From the NCBI GenBank assembly GCA_965221775.1, contig CBDCSU010000006.1, forward strand, positions 1,223,342 to 1,255,341: a stretch of 32,000 nt of DNA, given 5' to 3'. Below are positions 1-7,622 of this stretch, in pieces. Position 1 is the first letter of the stretch, and the number at the start of each line of letters is the position of its first letter. Below the pieces are notes generated by a model. The model was not told the DNA's origin and did not search any database. It was given only the letters and a program-made list of their open reading frames with translations. The position numbers and the translations under genes were made by a program. Source of the stretch: Candidatus Latescibacterota bacterium. GTDB taxonomy: Bacteria; Latescibacterota; UBA2968; UBA8231.

Positions 1-1
1 C

Positions 2-1015
2 GCCGGGACGTCGAAGGGCAGCCTCCAGGACCTGGCCAACGCCTTCCCCCAGGTGTCGGGCTTCATCATCGACGGCCCCGGCGAGAACCACTACGAGCTG
101 GCCTTCCACCACGGCGGCGAGCTGCTCGAGGTGCGCCCCGGAGAGGAGGGCCGCTTCAACGAGGTCGGCGCCGACCTCGACCGCGTGCACCGCGGCATCG
201 CCTCCATGCGCCAACGCCTGCACGAGCTGACGCCGGACCGGGTCCGCTACCTGGCGCCGGCGGGCACCCTCGCCGGCCTGACCCTCTTCGACATCGACGA
301 GGACACCCTCCACTGGCTGCGCGCCCGGCGCGAGTCGTCGCGCCTCTCCTGGGCCCAGGCGCGGGACAACATCGACGCCGTGGACCGCAAGGTCGAGCTG
401 GGCGGCATCCCCCGCACCGCCGCCTTCTCCTCCCTCACCGGCCAGGACTACCAGCAGATGGCCTCGTACTTCGACATCGTCTTCCCCAAGCACTACTACT
501 GGCACCGCGGCTTCGACGGCCTCTACGGCACCGTCGCCCGCTGGGTGCAGCGCCTGTGCCGCTGGAACCCCTCCCTCACCGAGTCCGACGCCTTCCTCGT
601 GGTGCGCTCCCTCTTCGGCATCGACCTGCCCCGGGTGGACAGCCTCCTCGACATGGAGCTGGGCTTCCCCCAGGAGTTCTTCGACGAGCTGGTCTTCGAC
701 GAGAGCGAGCGCGCCCTGGAGGCCGTGGGCGATCCCGACAAGGTGATCTTCTGGGTCTCCACCGGGCGCAGCCCCCACGCCGGCGACTCCATGGGGGCCC
801 GCGACCTGCACGGCATCCTCGCCGCCAGCGAGCGCGCCGGCGCCCGCCGTTTCCTGTTCCACCCGGACCCGGAGATGGGCGCCCCCGAGTGGCGGGTCAT
901 CTCCAACATGTGCGGCCGCCTGTGGCAGGAGGACCCGTCGAGCGTGTTCTGGCCGGGCGACTCGGCGCGGGGGGACGAGTACAGCGGCGGGCGCCAGCCG
1001 GCGGTGGAGGACTGA
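2..1015 (+). CDS. Hypothetical protein, probably 5'-truncated by the window edge
   Basis: The frame is open from nt 2, with no stop before the first in-frame start (GTG 53). Stop TGA at 1013-1015. GC-rich third positions match the neighbours. I recognise no catalytic motif or signal peptide. Confidence 0.55.
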   Translation, partial: AGTSKGSLQDLANAFPQVSGFIIDGPGENHYELAFHHGGELLEVRPGEEGRFNEVGADLDRVHRGIASMRQRLHELTPDRVRYLAPAGTLAGLTLFDIDEDTLHWLRARRESSRLSWAQARDNIDAVDRKVELGGIPRTAAFSSLTGQDYQQMASYFDIVFPKHYYWHRGFDGLYGTVARWVQRLCRWNPSLTESDAFLVVRSLFGIDLPRVDSLLDMELGFPQEFFDELVFDESERALEAVGDPDKVIFWVSTGRSPHAGDSMGARDLHGILAASERAGARRFLFHPDPEMGAPEWRVISNMCGRLWQEDPSSVFWPGDSARGDEYSGGRQPAVED

Positions 1016-1039
1016 AGGCTCTCCTAAGGAGACAAGCTC

Positions 1040-3082
1040 ATGACCAGGAGACTCGGCACCTTCCTGACTGTCACGCTCACGGCATCCAGTGCATGCCTCG
1101 CTCTCGGAGGCGCGAGCGAGCCGCAGGTGGCCACCGTCACCGGCGAGATCCGCAACCCGGTCTCGCGGGAACTCACCTTTACCTGCGAACTTCCGTCCGC
1201 CCTCGAAGAGTTCGACCAGCGCGTCGAGCTCGACAGTCTGGACCGCTTCGCCTTCGAGGTGCCTGTCGTCCACGGCACCGTGGTCAGCGGGCGCTACGTG
1301 GGCGGGGAGCCGAGGTGGAAGTGGGTCCAGTGGCTGGGGGGCTTCCTCTTCGGTCACGATCCCCTCGCCTTCTTCGTCGAACCCGGCGACAGTCTGCACG
1401 TGGTCATGGACGAGGGCTTCTTCAGTCCCTCCATCTCCTTCAGTGGCGCCAACGCGGACAACAGCCGCTTCATCGCCGAGTGGTACCCGGAGTTCTACTC
1501 CTTCCGCCTCGACTACGAGGAGCTGGAGGTGGAAGAGTTCAGGCACCTGACAGACCAGCGGCGGCAGGACCAGTTCGAGTTCTGGTCCGAGAGGGAAGAC
1601 CAGTACGCCCTCTCTCCGGGTTTCGTCGACTATGCGACAGCCTACGTCAACTACGAGTGGGCCGAGGAGATGATCTCCTACCCGGAGAGATACCGGGCCG
1701 TCAACGGACGCTGGAACGAGGACATTCCCCCGGACTACTTCGACTTTCTCAAGGAGATCCCCCTGGTCGACGAGAAGGCCATGGGAATACGCGACTATCG
1801 CTGGTTCCTCGATCGCACGCTGTACTGGGAAACGAACGAGGGCTTCAAACACAAATACCCCAGGCTGTCCGATCTCTACGATCTGTCTCCACTGGGCCTT
1901 TCGGACTCGGTTCAGACCCGACTCGACTCCTTGTACAAGAGGGACGGGCTGCGACCTGCCCTGTCGAAGATGGTCGATCTCTCGGCCCTGGGTCTTCCCG
2001 ATCCGGCCCGGGCCCGACTCGATTCCCTATACGACAGGGAAGGCCGGTACCTGGAGCTCTCCGAGCAATTCGATCTGGTGAGCCTGGGGGTGTCGGCTGC
2101 AGATCAGGCGCACCTCGATTCCCTCTTCAAGAAGGGTGGATTCTCCTTTTCCTCTTCAAGTGAGGCAGAGGCACCGAGAGTGGACACGACGGGAGGAGAG
2201 ATCATGTTCCACCTGCCTCTCGAAGTGCCGATCGACTCCCTGCGGAAAGAGCCGCCCAGGCTGTCCGAGAAGATCGATCTCTCGGCCCTGGGGCTGTCAG
2301 GAGTCGCCCAGACCGAACTCGATTCCCTGTACGAGCATCGCGGACGAGTCCCGCTGTCAGAGAAGGTCGATCTGTCAGGCCTGGGGTTGTCGGCGGCAAC
2401 CCGGACCCGACTCGACTCGCTCTATGCCGATACGGAATCGCAGACCTGGATGCAGCCCTGGAGGCAATACGATCTGGCCAAGGAGAGACTGGAAGGGAGA
2501 GTGCTCTACTGGTATCTGGCCCACCAGTTGATCGACGGGTTCGAGCGCGGCGAGAACTTTGCGATCGCTCAGAGAAGATGGGGAGAGTACCAGGCGGCCA
2601 ATCCCTACCCGGAATATGCAGAGGCCGTCCAGGCGGCCCTGGAAAAGGCCCTGAAGCTGCAACCCGGACAGCAAGCCCCCGAATTCACCCTCCACGACCT
2701 CGACGGCCAACCGGTGTCGCTGAGCCAGTTCATGGGGCAGGTGGTTCTGCTCGACTTCTGGGCCAGCTGGTGCGGGCCGTGTATCGCCAACCTGCCCGAT
2801 CTCCGCAGACTCAAGAAGGAGACGGCCGAGCTGCCGGTCGTCTTCCTCAACCTGTCGCTGGACAGGGATGAGGCCGCGTGGCGAGAGGCGATTGACAAAC
2901 ACCAGATTAGAGGCGTCCACGTGCGCGCGGAAGGGGGCTGGGATGCGGACGTGGCCGACTCCTACCAGGTAAGGGCCATACCCTCGTATTACCTGGTGGA
3001 CTCACAAGGGGTGATCGTGGAGCGTCTGTCCGGGGTACGGGATACGGACGGAATCGTAGCGACGATCGAGAACAGCTTGTGA
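1040..3082 (+). CDS. TlpA/ResA-like thiol:disulfide oxidoreductase (C-terminal thioredoxin/redoxin fold) with a long N-terminal extension carrying five tandem repeats; probable lipoprotein
   Basis: ATG 1040 is preceded by AAGGAG (1026-1031). The N-terminus MTRRLGTFLTVTLTASSAC looks like a signal peptide ending in Cys. The C-terminal part, APEFTLHDLDGQPVSLSQFMGQVVLLDFWASWCGPC, carries a WCGPC active site in the typical redoxin/AhpC-TSA layout. Confidence 0.85.
   Translation: MTRRLGTFLTVTLTASSACLALGGASEPQVATVTGEIRNPVSRELTFTCELPSALEEFDQRVELDSLDRFAFEVPVVHGTVVSGRYVGGEPRWKWVQWLGGFLFGHDPLAFFVEPGDSLHVVMDEGFFSPSISFSGANADNSRFIAEWYPEFYSFRLDYEELEVEEFRHLTDQRRQDQFEFWSEREDQYALSPGFVDYATAYVNYEWAEEMISYPERYRAVNGRWNEDIPPDYFDFLKEIPLVDEKAMGIRDYRWFLDRTLYWETNEGFKHKYPRLSDLYDLSPLGLSDSVQTRLDSLYKRDGLRPALSKMVDLSALGLPDPARARLDSLYDREGRYLELSEQFDLVSLGVSAADQAHLDSLFKKGGFSFSSSSEAEAPRVDTTGGEIMFHLPLEVPIDSLRKEPPRLSEKIDLSALGLSGVAQTELDSLYEHRGRVPLSEKVDLSGLGLSAATRTRLDSLYADTESQTWMQPWRQYDLAKERLEGRVLYWYLAHQLIDGFERGENFAIAQRRWGEYQAANPYPEYAEAVQAALEKALKLQPGQQAPEFTLHDLDGQPVSLSQFMGQVVLLDFWASWCGPCIANLPDLRRLKKETAELPVVFLNLSLDRDEAAWREAIDKHQIRGVHVRAEGGWDADVADSYQVRAIPSYYLVDSQGVIVERLSGVRDTDGIVATIENSL
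1865..2440 (+). repeat. Five in-frame tandem repeats of about 30 aa, consensus LS(E/K)x(V/I)DLSxLGLSxxxxxxLDSLYxxxG, with a ~35 aa insertion between repeats 3 and 4
   Basis: Peptides: LSDLYDLSPLGLSDSVQTRLDSLYKRDG; LSKMVDLSALGLPDPARARLDSLYDREG; LSEQFDLVSLGVSAADQAHLDSLFKKGG; LSEKIDLSALGLSGVAQTELDSLYEHRG; LSEKVDLSGLGLSAATRTRLDSLYADTE. The repeat is also visible in DNA: gatctctcggccctggg occurs near 1975 and again near 2275. Confidence 0.85.
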
Positions 3083-4104
3083 GCATGTTCCGCGAGGTCG
3101 AGCTGTTCACCTCGGGCTCCGGCGGATACCACACCTACCGCATCCCGGCCCTGGTCTCCACCGCCTCGGGCACGCTCCTCGCCTTCTGCGAAGGCCGCCG
3201 CGACGACCCCGACGACTTCGGCAAGATCGACATCCTCCTCCGGCGCAGCGCCGACGCCGGCGCCACCTGGGACGAGCAACGCCTCGTCCACGGCGAGGGC
3301 GAGGAGACGATCGGCAACCCCTCTCCCGTCGTCGACTCCGAGACCGGCGCCGTATGGCTGGCCTTCTGCCGCAACCAGGACCGCGTCTTCCTCACCCGGA
3401 GCGGCGACGACGGCCTCACCTGGTCCTGCCCGGAAGAGATCACCACCCGGGGCGCCAAGGCTCCCCACTGGCACTGGTACGCCACCGGGCCGGGCCACGG
3501 GATCCAGCTGACCACCGGCCGCCTGCTCATACCCTGCGACCACCGCGTCGCCCCGCGCCCACAGGCCCCGTACTCCTGCTCCCACGCCCTCTACAGCGAC
3601 GACCACGGCCGCACCTGGCGCCACGGCGAGGACCTCGGTTACGGCAGCAACGAATGCCAGGCCGTCGAGACCCGGGACGGCCGGGTCTGCATGACCACCC
3701 GCAACCCCGTGGCCGGCGGCCGCACCGAGGCCTGGAGCACCGACGGGGGCCACACTTGGTCCGACCTCGCCGTCCGCCGCGACCTGCCCGACCCCGTCTG
3801 CCAGGCCAGCATCCTCCGGCTCACCGACGCGGCCGGCGGCGGCCGCAACCGGATCCTGTTCTCCAACGCCGCCAGCGCCGCCCGGGACCACATGACCGTG
3901 CGGCTGAGCTACGACGAGTGCCGGACCTGGGAGGTCTCCCGATGCCTGTACCCGGGCCCCTCCGCCTACTCCGATCTCGCCGTCGCCGCGGACAAGACGA
4001 TCTGCTGCCTCTACGAGCGGGGCGTCGAGGAATACCGCGAGAGCATCCGCCTGGCCCGGTTCGATCTCGAATGGCTCACCGACGGCGCCGACTCGCTCGG
4101 CTGA
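3079..4104 (+). CDS. Exo-alpha-sialidase (GH33 neuraminidase, six-bladed beta-propeller)
   Basis: N-terminal YRIP (RIP) motif in GGYHTYRIPALV. Four Asp-boxes: SADAGATW, SGDDGLTW, SDDHGRTW, STDGGHTW. The GTG 3079 start overlaps the upstream stop (GTGA); an alternative ATG lies at 3085. No signal peptide is visible. Confidence 0.9.
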   Translation: MSMFREVELFTSGSGGYHTYRIPALVSTASGTLLAFCEGRRDDPDDFGKIDILLRRSADAGATWDEQRLVHGEGEETIGNPSPVVDSETGAVWLAFCRNQDRVFLTRSGDDGLTWSCPEEITTRGAKAPHWHWYATGPGHGIQLTTGRLLIPCDHRVAPRPQAPYSCSHALYSDDHGRTWRHGEDLGYGSNECQAVETRDGRVCMTTRNPVAGGRTEAWSTDGGHTWSDLAVRRDLPDPVCQASILRLTDAAGGGRNRILFSNAASAARDHMTVRLSYDECRTWEVSRCLYPGPSAYSDLAVAADKTICCLYERGVEEYRESIRLARFDLEWLTDGADSLG

Positions 4105-4148
4105 GGCGGTGGCCAGCGCCGTGACTCTCTCTCCAACAGGAGGAACCG

Positions 4149-4886
4149 ATGAACAGACGCAGTAACTCTCTCCGGGTGCTCGGCCCATTGCTGATCCCGG
4201 CGCTTGCGGCCTGTGACGTCAGTATCGGCTCGGAGGTGATCTCGGCCGAGACAGGGGACAGGACCATCCAGGTAACCGGGAGCGGTTCGGTTGCCGGCGA
4301 GCCCGATCTGGCAGCGCTCGATCTCGGTGTCTCTGTCGAGGGCGAGACCGTGGCGGAAGCCCGCGAAGCCGCTGCCGGAGCGATGACCGCGGTACTCAAC
4401 TCCCTGCGGGGGAACGATGTCGCCGAGGAGGACATGCAGACCGGGAATCTGGGCATCCATCCTCAATACGACTATGGCGAGGGGCAACGCACCCTCCGCG
4501 GGTACGTGGTGAACAACACCGTCCGCGTGAAGGTCCGGAGACTGGAGAGCCTCGGCGAGGTCATCGATGACGCCGCCGAGGCAGGAGGAAACAGCATCGT
4601 CATCAACTCGATTCGGTTCCTGATCGAGGACACCACGCCCCTGCAGACCCAGGCCCGCAGGCTGGCGGTGAAGGATGCCGAGGAGAAGGCGAGGACCTTG
4701 GCGGAAACCAGCGGCGCAAGCCTGGGGGAACCGCTCTCCATCACGGAGAGCACCTATCTGCAGGGACCGCCGAGCCCCTTCCAGGGCGAGGAAGCCTTCG
4801 CCGATGCAGCCCGCACGTCCACGCCCGTTCTCCCGGGGGAACTCACGGTCACCGTGGCCGTCACCGTGGTCTACCAGATCGAGTGA
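4149..4886 (+). CDS. SIMPL/DUF541 family periplasmic lipoprotein (BP26/Omp28-like)
   Basis: AGGAGG at 4138-4143 precedes ATG 4149. Lipobox-like LIPALAAC. IQVTGSGSVAGEPDLAALDLGVSVEG... and the C-terminal PGELTVTVAVTVVYQIE follow the SIMPL-domain pattern as I remember it. Confidence 0.8.
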   Translation: MNRRSNSLRVLGPLLIPALAACDVSIGSEVISAETGDRTIQVTGSGSVAGEPDLAALDLGVSVEGETVAEAREAAAGAMTAVLNSLRGNDVAEEDMQTGNLGIHPQYDYGEGQRTLRGYVVNNTVRVKVRRLESLGEVIDDAAEAGGNSIVINSIRFLIEDTTPLQTQARRLAVKDAEEKARTLAETSGASLGEPLSITESTYLQGPPSPFQGEEAFADAARTSTPVLPGELTVTVAVTVVYQIE

Positions 4887-4902
4887 GGCCCGGCGGCGAG
4901 CC

Positions 4903-7602
4903 ATGAACCGGACCCTGGCAGCGGCGGCGTTGTTGATGGCGGCACCCGCGTGGGCCCAGGAGAACGTGGCCCTCGGGGCGAGCTACACCCTCGACCCGCC
5001 GCCGAACTACGCGCACAGCACCGACGCCGGCGACGGTGTGCAACTGACGGACGGGGTCTACACGGAGGGTTACTTCTGGACGCAGTTGTCGACGGTGGGC
5101 TGGCAGGAGAAGAAGCCCGTGATCGTGACGATCGACCTGGGCGCGGTGAGGCCCATACGGGGGGTCTCCTTCAGCACGGCGGGGGGATCCGCGGACGTGA
5201 GGTGGCCGCTGGCGATCGGCATCTTCACGGCGGGAGAGGACCGGCTCTTCCACGAGATCGGGGACCTGGTGGAGTTGAGCGCGGAACACGGCTCCCCTTC
5301 CGCGTCGGAGTACGGGACCCATCGATACTGGACGGATGAGTTGCGCACCCACGGCCGTCATGTCGGTCTGGTCGTGTGGAACGAGCCCTTCACCTTCGTC
5401 GACGAGATCGAGGTCTACGCGGGCGAGGCGGAGTGGGTCGACGAGCCGCTGCCGGGGCCGGGGATCGCCGACCTGAAGGCGCACGCGGGCCGGCTCGCCA
5501 TCCAGGCGGGGATCCGGACCCGCATCTCGCGGGACATGCAGGCCCTGAGGCGGGCGGCGGAAGAAGAGGGTGTCCCGGCGCAGACGCGGGGCGAGGTGCT
5601 GGACGAGCTGGCCGCCGTGGAGGCGGAACTGGCCGAGGCGGGCGCCGCCTTCGGAGACGACTTTCGGGCGGTGCTGCCCCTGAATCCGTGGCACGAGCGC
5701 GTGCTGCGCGCGCAGGCTCGGCTGTGGCGCGCCCGGGGGCTGCAGCCGCTCACCTTCTGGCGCTCGAACCTGTGGGATCCGCTGCCCCTCATCGGAACGC
5801 CGGACACGGCCGCGGGACCGGCCCTCGAGGTCCACCTGATGCGCAAGGAGCACCGAGCGGCCGCATTCAATGTGAGCAACAGCGGCGACGAGCCGGTGCA
5901 GGTGGCCTTCCGCCTGAGCGGGTTTCCGGGGGGCGACAACCCGGGGTACGTGACCGTCCACGAGGTGGCCTGGACGGACACGCGCACCGGGGTGCCGGTG
6001 GCCGCGGCCCTGCCCGAGGTCGCTGCCGAGGACGGTCGGTACGCGGTCTCCGTGCCCTCGGGCATGACCCGGCAGGTGTGGCTCACCTTCCATCCCGTGG
6101 ACGCGGCGCCGGGGATCCACGAGGGCGAGGTGATCGTGGAGTCCGGCGGGGGCGCGCGGTTCCCGCTGCGAATGCACCTCTATCCCCTCGACTTCCCGGA
6201 AGAGCCGTCCCTGCACCTGGGCGGATGGGACTACACGGACCAGGTCGGCCATCACCGCCTGGTGACGGACCGGAACCGCCCGGCGCTGATCCGGCATCTC
6301 CGCGAGCACCTCGTCGACTCGCCGTGGGGTCTGCCGTGGGCGCTGCCGCGGGGCACGCACGATGCGCAGGGGGCTATGACGGCGCCGCCCGACACGGACC
6401 ACTTCGATGCCTGGCTCGAGCTGTGGCCGGGCGCGTCCCGGTACCTCGTCTTCGCGAAGGTGGGCACTCACTTCGAGTCGTGGGAGATGGGCACGCCGGA
6501 GTTCGCGACGGCGGTGAAGGCGTGGGTCACGTTCTGGGCGGGACAGATGGAGGCGAAGGGCCTGCAGCCGGAACAGCTGGCGCTGCTGCTGGTGGACGAG
6601 CCCCGCGAGCCGGCCCATGACGAGCGCATCCTGGCGTGGGCGAAGGCGATCCGCGAGGCGGGCACGGGGGTCCGCGTCTGGGAGAACCCGAACCACCGCG
6701 ACATGAGCCAGGCGAACCAGGAGATGATCGATGCGTGCCACGTCCTGTGCCCCCACCGACAGATCTTCCTGGAGGCGGGCCAGGACTACCGCGACTACTA
6801 CGTGGAGAAGCGCGAGCAGGGGATCGAGCTGGAGTTCTACTCGGCGTGGGCGACGCGTCTCTTCGATCCGTACGCCGGCCGGCTGACGGCGTGGACGAGC
6901 TGGCGCTACGGGGCGACGGGGATGCACTTCTGGTCGATGGGCGACACCGGCGGCGAGTCCTCGTGGAACGAGTACGCGGCCTCGAAGGACGGGTACGCGC
7001 CCCTGTTCCTCGACGAGCACTCGGTGACGGCCGGCAAGCAGCTCGAAGCGGTGCGCGAAGGGGTGGAGGACTACGAGTACTTCGCCATGCTGGACCGGGA
7101 GATCCGCAAGGCAGCGGAGCAGGGGGTGACGGGTCCGGAGGCGGAGGAGGCGCGCCGGCTGCTGGAGAGGCTGCCGGTGACCGTTCTGGAGGCGGCGGGC
7201 CGGGAGACCCACTGGCTGAGCGGGATCGACCGCACCCTGGCCGACGAGGCGCGGATCCAGGTGCTGGAGGCGTTGACCGAGCTGACGGCCCTCACCGCCG
7301 TGGCGCAGCCGGCCTCCCGGCCCCACGAGTTCCGGTTGGAGCAGAACCACCCCAACCCCTTCAATCCCGAGACGATGATCGGGTTCTCTGTCCGCGGGCG
7401 GGGCGACGTCGAGCTCGCGATCTACAACCTCGCCGGGCAGAGGGCCCGGACCCTGCTGAGCGCGGTCCTCGAGGCGGGGAAGCACTCGGCCCGGTGGGAC
7501 GGCCGCGACGACCACGGACGCAAGCTGGCCAGCGGCGTGTATGTCTACAGGCTGCGGGCAGGGGAGCAGGTCGATACGCGCAGGCTGCTGCTGCTCAAGT
7601 AG
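4903..7602 (+). CDS. Secreted multidomain protein: N-terminal discoidin (F5/8 type C)-like domain, central possible DUF4091/GH123-like glycoside hydrolase region, C-terminal FlgD-Ig/T9SS-type sorting domain
   Basis: The start is moved to ATG 4903 (MNRTLAAAALLMAAPAWAQE, a clear signal peptide). The track start at 4675 would overlap the whole 3' end of the previous gene. A LALLLVDEPREP motif sits in the central region; the GH assignment is only weak recall. The C-terminal domain is clear (see next feature). Confidence 0.8.
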   Translation: MNRTLAAAALLMAAPAWAQENVALGASYTLDPPPNYAHSTDAGDGVQLTDGVYTEGYFWTQLSTVGWQEKKPVIVTIDLGAVRPIRGVSFSTAGGSADVRWPLAIGIFTAGEDRLFHEIGDLVELSAEHGSPSASEYGTHRYWTDELRTHGRHVGLVVWNEPFTFVDEIEVYAGEAEWVDEPLPGPGIADLKAHAGRLAIQAGIRTRISRDMQALRRAAEEEGVPAQTRGEVLDELAAVEAELAEAGAAFGDDFRAVLPLNPWHERVLRAQARLWRARGLQPLTFWRSNLWDPLPLIGTPDTAAGPALEVHLMRKEHRAAAFNVSNSGDEPVQVAFRLSGFPGGDNPGYVTVHEVAWTDTRTGVPVAAALPEVAAEDGRYAVSVPSGMTRQVWLTFHPVDAAPGIHEGEVIVESGGGARFPLRMHLYPLDFPEEPSLHLGGWDYTDQVGHHRLVTDRNRPALIRHLREHLVDSPWGLPWALPRGTHDAQGAMTAPPDTDHFDAWLELWPGASRYLVFAKVGTHFESWEMGTPEFATAVKAWVTFWAGQMEAKGLQPEQLALLLVDEPREPAHDERILAWAKAIREAGTGVRVWENPNHRDMSQANQEMIDACHVLCPHRQIFLEAGQDYRDYYVEKREQGIELEFYSAWATRLFDPYAGRLTAWTSWRYGATGMHFWSMGDTGGESSWNEYAASKDGYAPLFLDEHSVTAGKQLEAVREGVEDYEYFAMLDREIRKAAEQGVTGPEAEEARRLLERLPVTVLEAAGRETHWLSGIDRTLADEARIQVLEALTELTALTAVAQPASRPHEFRLEQNHPNPFNPETMIGFSVRGRGDVELAIYNLAGQRARTLLSAVLEAGKHSARWDGRDDHGRKLASGVYVYRLRAGEQVDTRRLLLLK
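7336..7599 (+). other. C-terminal FlgD Ig-like / T9SS type A sorting-like domain of the 4903-7602 protein
   Basis: LEQNHPNPFNPETMIGFSVRGRGDVELAIYNLAGQRARTLL...GVYVYRLRAGEQVDTRRLLLLK. The NxPNPFNP start, the IYNxxGQ core and the GxYxYRL end are the hallmark pattern of this domain. Confidence 0.8.
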
Positions 7603-7622
7603 GACATCCGACAAGGAGATCC

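Noticed and set aside
556-2163. 535-aa + strand ORF overlapping the first two genes in another frame
   Set aside because: The product is Arg/Pro/Gly low complexity. It overlaps two frames that have recognisable structure: a signal peptide, the repeats and a thioredoxin domain.
2989-4188. 399-aa minus-strand ORF opposite the sialidase
   Set aside because: The product is Ala/Gly/Val-rich with no motifs. The sialidase frame has a RIP motif plus four Asp-boxes.
4675-4902. Upstream start (4675) for the discoidin-like protein; likewise 6636 for the protease-barrel gene and 21891 for the adaptor
   Set aside because: Each extension is Arg/Pro-rich and overlaps the preceding gene. Each also precedes an internal ATG that gives a textbook signal peptide or membrane anchor, in two cases with an AAGGAG or similar RBS.
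4861-7614. 917-aa minus-strand ORF covering the whole 4903-7602 gene
   Set aside because: It is the antisense shadow of a well-supported + strand gene. The product is Arg/Pro/Gly/His-rich low complexity with no motifs, as expected at ~70% GC where stop codons are rare.
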